Source: a virus
Taxonomy: Duplodnaviria > Caudoviricetes
Virus record (IMG/VR): IMGVR_UViG_3300032261_000072
Span: 1-24,902 of that record
Strand: one strand, 5' to 3'
DNA length: 24,902 bases
Under the pieces are notes generated by a model. That model did not search any database, was not told the DNA's origin, and saw only the letters and a program-made list of their open reading frames with translations. The position numbers were made by a program, and so were the translations under genes. Every line of letters starts with the position of its first letter. Position 1 is the first letter of the stretch. Below, one piece after another: positions 15,962-23,536 of the stretch.

Positions 15962-16330
15962 ATGACCAAGGTCAGCCTCAACAACAGCCCGACCGAGCAG
16001 TTGGTCGCCAAGGCGCAGGCGTCGGCGCAGATCACCGATGCGCGCGGTCGCTCCATTACGCTGAAGAAGCCGGGCGTGCTCGCGCAATTCCGGTTGATCG
16101 AGGCTCTGGGCGACACGTCCAAGAACGAGGTCTACATGGGCATGGTGCTGCCCTTGATCTTCGTGACCGACATCGACGGCGACGCGGTCATCCCGCCGAC
16201 GCGCAAGGGCGAGGTCGAAGCGCTGATCCTGCGCCTGGACGAGGACGGCATCGCTGCGGTGCAGGCTGCCGTGCTGGAGAAGTTCGGCGCCTCCACGCCT
16301 GAGCAGGACAAGGCCGCGCTAAAAAACTAG
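15962..16330 (+). CDS. Tail assembly chaperone (G-like)
   Basis: After tube; ends at slippery site CTA AAA AAC TAG. Confidence 0.85.
   Translation: MTKVSLNNSPTEQLVAKAQASAQITDARGRSITLKKPGVLAQFRLIEALGDTSKNEVYMGMVLPLIFVTDIDGDAVIPPTRKGEVEALILRLDEDGIAAVQAAVLEKFGASTPEQDKAALKN
16321..16327 (+). other. -1 programmed ribosomal frameshift site A AAA AAC
   Basis: X XXY YYZ heptamer in correct phase immediately before the stop; -1 frame open to 16500. Confidence 0.88.
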
Positions 16331-16500
16331 CCCAGGCCACAGCGATTCGGGAATGCCTCTGGCTGGTGCGCAACGGCATCCCGTTCGACGTGGCCTTCTC
16401 CATCGATGACGTCACCCGGGCCGCCTGGTCGATCGTCTTCAGCGAGATGGAGGGCAACGTCTTCGATTGGTCGACGATGCGGTTCAAGGATCAGGACTGA
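16321..16500 (+). CDS. Frameshift extension (T-like part of G-T chaperone)
   Basis: -1 frame KKLAQATAIRECLWLVRNGIPFDVAFSIDDVTRAAWSIVFSEMEGNVFDWSTMRFKDQD*; stop overlaps next ATG (TGATG). Confidence 0.82.
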   Translation, partial: KKLAQATAIRECLWLVRNGIPFDVAFSIDDVTRAAWSIVFSEMEGNVFDWSTMRFKDQD

Positions 16501-17009
16501 TGGCCGCCGTCAAGGAATTCGAGGACATGGCGCTGTTCGCGCTGCACCTTCTGGAGAAGCAGGTTGCGGTGCACGCCAGCATGAAGCGCGGGATCGAGCG
16601 CGCGCTATTGGTCATCGAAAACGACGCCAAGGAACAGGTCGGGCACTACCAGAGCGAATCGGGCGAATTCCCGGCCTGGGCGCCGCTGGCCGACTCCACC
16701 GAAGCCGAGAAGGCTAGGCTCGGCGCGCCGGCAGGTGCTCCGCTGTTGCGCCACGGCGGCCTGTACGCCAGTTTCGGCCACGAGGTGCTGAGCGCGGAGG
16801 AGGGCGTCGCCGGTTCGACCGACCCGACGCTGGTCTACCATGAGTTCGGCACCTCGAAGATGCCGCCACGGCCGGTCATGGGTCCAGCGGTGTTCAAGAA
16901 CCGCGACAAGATCCAGGCGATCCTGGGCCAGGCGCTCGTCGAGGGCATCCTCGGCGGCGCCGCCGAGCCGGGCAGTGGCGACTACTTCGGTGGCGACATC
17001 ACGCCATGA
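16500..17009 (+). CDS. HK97 gp10-like / virion morphogenesis (neck/tail completion) protein
   Basis: WAPLADST, PLLRHGGLYASF, YHEFGTSKMPPRPVMGPA motifs; likely start ATG 16500. Confidence 0.8.
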   Translation: MAAVKEFEDMALFALHLLEKQVAVHASMKRGIERALLVIENDAKEQVGHYQSESGEFPAWAPLADSTEAEKARLGAPAGAPLLRHGGLYASFGHEVLSAEEGVAGSTDPTLVYHEFGTSKMPPRPVMGPAVFKNRDKIQAILGQALVEGILGGAAEPGSGDYFGGDITP

Positions 17010-17223
17010 GCGCGGCCCAGACCAGGCCGGCCAGCGCCAGCAGCACCACCGCCGAGCCAACCATGAGCGCCAGGCCGAAGACGGCCAGCGCCATGCGCAG
17101 ATACCAGGGCATCTGGTGCTTGAACACCGCGGGACGCGGGCCGACGCGGCGCACGCGCGGGTATTGAATCCAGCTCACTCGGTCAGCGAGCCAGTCTTGA
17201 GCGCGAAACAGGAGTGAGGGCAT
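16999..17223 (-). CDS. Small antisense membrane protein (74 aa)
   Basis: Fills the gap before tape measure; minus-strand codons strongly GC3; long C-terminal hydrophobic stretch. Confidence 0.65.
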   Translation of the reverse strand: MPSLLFRAQDWLADRVSWIQYPRVRRVGPRPAVFKHQMPWYLRMALAVFGLALMVGSAVVLLALAGLVWAALMA

Positions 17224-19075
17224 GACTTTCGAGGCCTACAGCGTCGCGGTGCGCCTGAAGCTGATCGACGGGGTATCGACCGGCCTGATCGGCTTGGCTG
17301 GCCAGTTTAGCGCGCTCAACCGCCATGCCCTAGCCACAAAGACCCACCTGACCGACATCGAGCGGCAGATGGGCAAGCTCAAGACCATGGGTCTTGTGGG
17401 TGGCGCCATGCTGGCGGCCGGCGGCTTCGGGCTGTCGCTGTTCTCGGCGCCACTCGAGGAGGCGAAGAAGTTTCAGACCGAAGTCGCCAAGATGTCGGCT
17501 TTGGGCCTTGGCGATAAGGCGACCTCGCAGGCCGTCCAGTTTGCCAAGGGCATGAACATCATGGGGCAGTCGGCTCGCGACAACTTGAAACTTGTGCGTG
17601 AAGCGACAACCATCATGGGTAGTCTCGATCACGCCATGGAGGTGACGCCGCTGCTGGCGAAGATGAAGTTCGGCCTGCAATCCGTGATGGGCGGCGAACA
17701 CAGCTCGCAATTCGAGCAGATGTTCCAGGCCGCTCTAAAGACCACGGAACTGCGCGGCGCGCTCATCAATCGGCAAACCGGCCAGATCGACGTTCAGCAC
17801 TTCAGTCATGTGCTCAACATGATGACGCAGGCCTATGTCGCCAGCGGAGGAATGGTCAAGCCACAGGACTACCTGGCGGCCATGAAGACCGGCGGCGTCA
17901 GCGCCAAGCTGATGAACGACGAGATGTTCTTCTACGGCCTGGGCCACTTCATGCAGGAGTCCGGTGGCTCGCGCACTGGCACGAGCGCCATGTCGATGTT
18001 CCAGAACATCGCGATGGGCCGCGTTTCTCAGCAGGTGGCAGAGACCTGGGCCAAGTATGGCCTTCTCGACCTGAAGCACGTCCACTACGGAAAGACCGGG
18101 CACATCACCAAGGTCGACCCGATGGCCGTCATCAATGCCCATGGGTTCACCGAGAACTCGTTCAAGTGGATGAACGAAACGGTGGTGCCGCTCCTGCAGC
18201 GCAAAGGACTCAAGGGCGAAGATCTCAACATCGCTTTGGCAACGCTGTTTGGACAGCGGACGGCCGCCAACATGGCCGATCAGTTCGTTCGGGAGCAGAA
18301 GGTCGCAGACCTGTACATCACGCGCGCGAAGCGGGCTGCCGATACCGACGTCCTGTACGCGAGTGGCTCGCAGACCATGCAGGGCAAGGAACTGGACTTG
18401 TCCGCCAAGTGGAAGGATGTCCTGAATGAGCTCGGGACGACAGTGCTTCCCATCGCCATCAAGGCCGTCAGTGGTCTGACCAAGGTACTCAAGGGCGTGA
18501 TCGCGTTCGCACGGGAATTCCCGAACGTCACTAAGGGGCTGGCGATCAGCTTTGCGGTGCTGTCGGGCCTCGTGGCCGTTGGCGGCGCGGTCACGCTGGC
18601 GACAGCCGGCTTCCGGGCGCTGGGCTTGGCGCTTATGGTGAGCAAGGGCGCCGGCATCGGCAGCATGCTCCTGGAGGTGGCTGGCGGCGTGGGCGGCCTG
18701 GCGCTGAAGCTCGGGCAGCTTGGACTCCTCGCTGGCGCCGGCGCCGCGGGTTACTACGGCGCCAAGGCGCTGGGCGCCGACGCGGCAGGTAACTGGGTGG
18801 GCAACAAGCTGGCCGGGTGGTTCCAGGACGATCCGATGGCGATCATGGCCGCCCGCGACAAGGCGGCGCGGGATCGTCGAATGGCGATGGGGCCCAGTTC
18901 CTTCATGGCGGCCGGCAAATCGGGGCAACCGATCAACGTGCACACCCAGATCAACCTGGACGGTCACAAGGTCGCCTCGGCCGTCTTCAAGCGCGCCGCC
19001 ACCGAACTGGGCCGCCCGCAGGCCGGAGGCTCAAGCTACGACCCGACGCTGGGTCTTGAACCCGCAGGGGGCTGA
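17222..19075 (+). CDS. Tape measure protein
   Basis: 617 aa helical A/G/L/M-rich, hydrophobic segments, C-terminal INVHTQINLDGHKVA; position; RBS GGAG/GAGG. Confidence 0.88.
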   Translation: MTFEAYSVAVRLKLIDGVSTGLIGLAGQFSALNRHALATKTHLTDIERQMGKLKTMGLVGGAMLAAGGFGLSLFSAPLEEAKKFQTEVAKMSALGLGDKATSQAVQFAKGMNIMGQSARDNLKLVREATTIMGSLDHAMEVTPLLAKMKFGLQSVMGGEHSSQFEQMFQAALKTTELRGALINRQTGQIDVQHFSHVLNMMTQAYVASGGMVKPQDYLAAMKTGGVSAKLMNDEMFFYGLGHFMQESGGSRTGTSAMSMFQNIAMGRVSQQVAETWAKYGLLDLKHVHYGKTGHITKVDPMAVINAHGFTENSFKWMNETVVPLLQRKGLKGEDLNIALATLFGQRTAANMADQFVREQKVADLYITRAKRAADTDVLYASGSQTMQGKELDLSAKWKDVLNELGTTVLPIAIKAVSGLTKVLKGVIAFAREFPNVTKGLAISFAVLSGLVAVGGAVTLATAGFRALGLALMVSKGAGIGSMLLEVAGGVGGLALKLGQLGLLAGAGAAGYYGAKALGADAAGNWVGNKLAGWFQDDPMAIMAARDKAARDRRMAMGPSSFMAAGKSGQPINVHTQINLDGHKVASAVFKRAATELGRPQAGGSSYDPTLGLEPAGG

Positions 19076-19077
19076 AC

Positions 19078-20082
19078 ATGGCAGGAGCCCAGACGTCGGA
19101 GACGACGCTTCAGCTCGGCGATTTCGTCTTCGGCTCTCTCGAGATCCCGGCCGAGATCAACTTCGGCGGCGCGCAGCGCCTGGCGGTCCATCAGCTCGTT
19201 GGCGGCACGAAGGTCGTCGACGCGATGGGCCGCTCCGATGATCCCATCACCTGGTCGGGGATGCTGCTGGGTGGAGGGAAGGATGTCTCAGGCAACGCCA
19301 TCTTCAGCGGCGCGGTCGACCGCGCCCAATACCTCGACCAGCTGCGCGTCGCTGGCCAGCCGCTCGACCTCACATGGGGCCGCTTCAAATACCGCGTCGT
19401 GGTGCGCGAATTCAAGGGCAACTACCAGAAGTCCTACCTGATCCCGTACCACATCACGGTCGAGGTCATCCAGGACGAGACGTCGCCTGTCACGGCTGCC
19501 GGCTCGCCGCCGATCGATTCCGCAATCGGGGACGACGACGCGGATGCTGCGACGCTGGCAGCCGCCATCGGCGACCAGACACTGATCGGCTACATGAGCA
19601 ACGTCAGCGCCGCCATCGCGGCCGTCTCGACGTTCACCACGGCGCCGCAGAGCCAGATCAACAGCGTGCTGCAGCCGATCGTGTCGGCGCAGGCGCAGGT
19701 CGGCGTGCTGACTGCGGCGGCGACCAGCACGATCGCCGGCGCGACGGCGTTCGGCGGCCTGGTGCCCGGCGCGCCCACGGCGACCTCGGCCACGCAGATG
19801 AGCGCCCAGGTCGCTGCCATGACGCAGCTGAGCAACCTGCGAACGCTCGGGAGCATCCTGGGCCGCATGCAGCGCAACCTCGGCTCGGCCAACTCGTCGC
19901 CGCGCACGGTGGCCACCGCCGGCGGCAACCTGTTCCAGATCGCCGAGCAGCAGTACGGCGAAGCCTCGGCCTGGACCGGCATCGCGCAGGCCAACGGTCT
20001 GACCGATCCGTTCATCCAGGGCACCAAGGTGCTGCAGATCCCGCCGGTCGTGGGCAGCACCACCGGCATCCTGAGTTCCTGA
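19078..20082 (+). CDS. Tail tube initiator / baseplate protein with C-terminal LysM-like domain
   Basis: LQLGDFVF...PLDLTWG N-domain (P2 gpU-like); GNLFQIAEQQYGEASAWTGIAQANGLTDP. Confidence 0.8.
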   Translation: MAGAQTSETTLQLGDFVFGSLEIPAEINFGGAQRLAVHQLVGGTKVVDAMGRSDDPITWSGMLLGGGKDVSGNAIFSGAVDRAQYLDQLRVAGQPLDLTWGRFKYRVVVREFKGNYQKSYLIPYHITVEVIQDETSPVTAAGSPPIDSAIGDDDADAATLAAAIGDQTLIGYMSNVSAAIAAVSTFTTAPQSQINSVLQPIVSAQAQVGVLTAAATSTIAGATAFGGLVPGAPTATSATQMSAQVAAMTQLSNLRTLGSILGRMQRNLGSANSSPRTVATAGGNLFQIAEQQYGEASAWTGIAQANGLTDPFIQGTKVLQIPPVVGSTTGILSS

Positions 20083-20092
20083 AGGCCCTTCG

Positions 20093-21247
20093 ATGCTCAA
20101 CGCTTTCCCGGCCGTGCCCGCTGGGCGGGCGCCGCGCGCCATCGTGCGCGTGACCAGCGGCACCGGCAACAACGCCTCGGCCGTCACCAACGCTTCGGTG
20201 GATGGCTGGATCTCGTGGGAGGTGACTAGCAACACCTACTACGAGGCGGACACCTTCCGGGTGTCGTTCGCGATGTCGCAGTTGCCCGCCGCGATGGACG
20301 CGAACTGGTTTTCGACGCAGACGCAGCTCTTCGTCGAGATCATGGCGGGCTTCCCCGCCGACCCGGCTCACCCGACGCCGTCCGAACTGGTCAGCCTGAT
20401 CTACGGGCGCGTCGACGACGTCGAGATCAACCCGGTGGCGGCGATGCTCACGCTGACGGGCCGCGACCTGACGGCCGTCTTCATCGACGCCAAGATCACG
20501 AGCCTCTACGAGAACCAGCGCTCCAGCGACATCGCCACGCTTCTGGCCCAGTCGCACGGCCTGACGCCCGTCGTCACTGCCACCGCTCAGACCGCGGGCA
20601 CGCTCTACAAGCACTCCCAGGTGCGCATGCAGGCCGACCGCAGCGAGTGGGATCTGCTGACCTGGCTGGCGCGCGAGGAGGGGATGGTCTGCTACGTGAC
20701 CGGCGAGGAGCTGCACTTCGAGCCCGACACGCGCGAGAGCAGCGAGCCGTACCTCCTGTACTGGCAGGCGCCGGACTCGACCATCGGCTCGCCGCAAAGC
20801 AACGCGATCGCGCTGAGCTTCTCGCGAAGCCTGACGATCGCCAAGGGCATCTCGGTGACGGTGCGCAGCCCGAGCATCACGAAGAAGGTGCCGGTGATCG
20901 AGTCCTACCCGACCAAAGCGAAGGCGATCCAGGCTGGCAAGGCGTCGCCATTCGGCGGCGTCCAGAGCTACAGCTACACCGTCGCGCCCGGCAAGACCGC
21001 GGTGCAGTGCCAGCAGTTGGCCGAGCAGAAGTACCGGCTGCTGGTGGCGCACGAGATGAAGGTGCATGCCGACATGCCTGGTGATGGCCTCCTGACGACG
21101 AAGCAGATCCTGCGCGTGCAGGGAACCGGCACCGCCTTCGATCAGAACTACTTCCCGACCGAGATCGTGCGCTCGATGAGCCTCGACGACGGCTACCGGA
21201 TGACGGTGTCGGCCAAGAACAGCAGCCCGGACAACGAGGCGACGTGA
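20093..21247 (+). CDS. Baseplate hub protein (P2 gpD / Mu gp44-like)
   Basis: ADTFRV, LTGRDLTAVFID, SEWDLLTWLAREEG, GEELHF; position before spike. Confidence 0.85.
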   Translation: MLNAFPAVPAGRAPRAIVRVTSGTGNNASAVTNASVDGWISWEVTSNTYYEADTFRVSFAMSQLPAAMDANWFSTQTQLFVEIMAGFPADPAHPTPSELVSLIYGRVDDVEINPVAAMLTLTGRDLTAVFIDAKITSLYENQRSSDIATLLAQSHGLTPVVTATAQTAGTLYKHSQVRMQADRSEWDLLTWLAREEGMVCYVTGEELHFEPDTRESSEPYLLYWQAPDSTIGSPQSNAIALSFSRSLTIAKGISVTVRSPSITKKVPVIESYPTKAKAIQAGKASPFGGVQSYSYTVAPGKTAVQCQQLAEQKYRLLVAHEMKVHADMPGDGLLTTKQILRVQGTGTAFDQNYFPTEIVRSMSLDDGYRMTVSAKNSSPDNEAT

Positions 21248-22023
21248 TGATGAATCCGGTGCTCAATGCGATGCGGCTGCAGGCCCAGCGCGAGGCCAGC
21301 ACACGCCGGCAGGAGTCGGTCGGGCTGATCACCAGCTACGACCCGGCCAACTTCTCGGTGCGCGTGCAGCTGCAGTCCGAGCAGATCCTGACCGGCTGGC
21401 TGCCGCTGTGCTCGCCCTGGATCGGGAACGGCTGGGGCATGTTCGCGGCGCCCACAGTCGGCGACATGGTCGCGGTGCACTTCTTCAACGGCGACCTCGA
21501 GGCCGGCTTTGTCGAGGGCCGGCTCTACAACGACATCGACCGGCCGCTCAGCGTCCCCAGCGGCGAGTTCTGGCTGGTGCACGCCACCGGAAGCTTCGCC
21601 AAGCTAACCGACGCCGGGCAGATCCTGCTGCAGGACAAGGCCGGCAGTCTGGTGAACTTGAACGGCGACGGCACGATCACCGTCAGTTGCCCCGGCAACG
21701 CCTCAGTCAGCGTCGGCGGCAATCTGAGTGCTTCCGTGACCGGAAACATGACGGCGACCATCTCGGGCGCGGCAACCGCCAATGTCAGCGGCAACCTGGC
21801 GGTGACGGCTGCCGCGGCCAGCATTACCGCGCCTACCACGATCACCGGCGCGACCACCATCAACGGCAACGTGACGGTGAACGGCAATCTCGGGGCGAGC
21901 GGCACGATCACGGCGCCCAACGTCGTCGGCACGACCGACGTCACCTTCGCCGGCAAGTCCGGCAAGACGCACGTACACAGCGGCGTCTCGACAGGCACCT
22001 TCAACACCGGAGGCCCGGTTTGA
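21244..22023 (+). CDS. Baseplate spike (gpV / Mu gp45-like)
   Basis: TGWLP and PTVGDMVAV OB-fold motifs, 8-residue beta-helix repeats, terminal THVHSGV HxH motif. Confidence 0.92.
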   Translation: MMMNPVLNAMRLQAQREASTRRQESVGLITSYDPANFSVRVQLQSEQILTGWLPLCSPWIGNGWGMFAAPTVGDMVAVHFFNGDLEAGFVEGRLYNDIDRPLSVPSGEFWLVHATGSFAKLTDAGQILLQDKAGSLVNLNGDGTITVSCPGNASVSVGGNLSASVTGNMTATISGAATANVSGNLAVTAAAASITAPTTITGATTINGNVTVNGNLGASGTITAPNVVGTTDVTFAGKSGKTHVHSGVSTGTFNTGGPV

Positions 22024-22397
22024 TCAACGACCTGTTTCACTACTGGGGAAGCGACGTCTCGACGGGCCCGACGGGCGATCTCCAGACCGTCAACGGGACG
22101 CTGCTCGGTCAGCAGCGCGTGCTGCGGCGCCTGCTCACGAATCCGGGTGACTACGTCTTCCAACCGAACTATGGCGCCGGCCTGCCGGCCTACGTCGGCC
22201 AGCCGATGGACGTCGGCAAGATCACCGCGCTGATCAAGGCGCACCTGCTGCTGGAGAGCGCCGTCGCCAAGACGCCGCCGCCGCAGATCACCGTGACCCA
22301 AGCGCCGACGGACCCTTCCGCGCTGGCCGTGACCATCGCCTACAACGACGCCGCCACGAACACGCCGGTCGTGCTGAGCTTCAACGTCTCCAACTGA
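22020..22397 (+). CDS. Baseplate wedge / sheath initiator (gpW/gp25/Mu gp46-like), TTG start, 125 aa
   Basis: GGAGG 22009-22013 before TTG overlapping spike stop; RRLLTNPGDYVFQPNYGAGL. Confidence 0.85.
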   Translation: MINDLFHYWGSDVSTGPTGDLQTVNGTLLGQQRVLRRLLTNPGDYVFQPNYGAGLPAYVGQPMDVGKITALIKAHLLLESAVAKTPPPQITVTQAPTDPSALAVTIAYNDAATNTPVVLSFNVSN

Positions 22398-22404
22398 GCA
22401 CTTC

Positions 22405-23529
22405 ATGGCCATCCAGACCCAGACCTTCACGCAGATCGTTTCGAACGCCGTCGCGGCGATCCAGGGCGCCGCGTCGCAACTGGTCGACATGACCGTCGGG
22501 TCGGTGCTGCGATCGGTCGTCGAGGCCGTGGGCGCGATGATGCTCTGGTTGCAGGGCATCGCGCTGCAAATCGCGTCGCTGACGCGCTTCGCCACCAGCA
22601 GCGGCTCCGACGCCGACAGCTGGGCGGCGGACTACAACTTCACTCGCCTGGCCGCGCAGGCCGCGACGGGCTCGGTCACCTTCGCGCGGTTCACCGCCGG
22701 CGCGCAGGTGACGATCCCGCTGGGCACCATCGTCCAGACCGCCGACGGCTCTCAGAAGTACACGGTGATCGCGGACACCGGGCAGGCGGCCTACAGCACC
22801 ACGCTCGGCGCCTACGTCATGGGCGCGGGGATCTCCAGCATCACCGCGACGGTGCAGTCGACGTCAGCCGCCGCCGCCGGGAACGCGGTCGCGGGCCTGA
22901 TCAACACCATCGGCAGCGCGCTGGTGGGCGTCGACACGGTGACCAACCCGTTGGGTTTCACGACTGGCGCCGACGCTGAGACCGATGCCGCGTTCCGCGC
23001 GCGTTTCGTCCTGTATATCTCCGCGCTGTCCAAGGGTACGCGCGCGGCGGTTGCCAACGCGATCGCGTCGGTGCAGCAGGGCATGAACTGGACGATCACG
23101 GAGGATCAGACCTACGGCGGCGTCTATCAGCTGGGCTACTTCTTCGCGGTCGTCGACGACGGCAGCGGGCACCCGTCCGGAACGCTCCTGTCGACGATCT
23201 CGAACGCCATCGACGCGGTGCGGCCGATCGGATCGACCTTCGGCGTCTTCGCGCCGGTGGTCGTCACCGCCAACGTTGCCATGACGCTGACGACCGCGGC
23301 GGGCTACGTGCACTCGTCGGTGGTGGCGCTCGTGAACGCCGCACTGACGGCCTACATCAACGCGCTGCCGCTGGGCACCTCGCTGCCCTACAGCCGGCTG
23401 GCGCTGATCGCCTACGGCGCGTCGCCGGGCGTCTCGAACGTGACCGCGATCACGCTGAACGGCGGCACGGCCGACCTGACGGCGACGTCGCTGCAGGCCA
23501 TCAAGTGCGGCACGCTCACGACGACCTGA
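22405..23529 (+). CDS. Baseplate J-like protein
   Basis: GSVLRSVVEA, AATGSVTF, GADAETDAAFRARF, IDAVRPIG. Confidence 0.93.
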   Translation: MAIQTQTFTQIVSNAVAAIQGAASQLVDMTVGSVLRSVVEAVGAMMLWLQGIALQIASLTRFATSSGSDADSWAADYNFTRLAAQAATGSVTFARFTAGAQVTIPLGTIVQTADGSQKYTVIADTGQAAYSTTLGAYVMGAGISSITATVQSTSAAAAGNAVAGLINTIGSALVGVDTVTNPLGFTTGADAETDAAFRARFVLYISALSKGTRAAVANAIASVQQGMNWTITEDQTYGGVYQLGYFFAVVDDGSGHPSGTLLSTISNAIDAVRPIGSTFGVFAPVVVTANVAMTLTTAAGYVHSSVVALVNAALTAYINALPLGTSLPYSRLALIAYGASPGVSNVTAITLNGGTADLTATSLQAIKCGTLTTT

Positions 23530-23536
23530 GGACAGC

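Noticed and set aside
17006-17167. Plus-strand ORF starting at ATGA 17006
   Set aside because: S/A/T/R/P-rich mirror of the minus-strand membrane ORF, which has the more protein-like sequence
21700-21900. Quasi-periodic GGCAAC-type repeats
   Set aside because: Explained by beta-helix repeats of the spike protein; not CRISPR or a DGR repeat pair
21408-22019. 329-aa ORF-track call for the wedge gene
   Set aside because: 5' part is an Arg-rich off-frame reading of the spike gene; the real start is TTG 22020 with GGAGG
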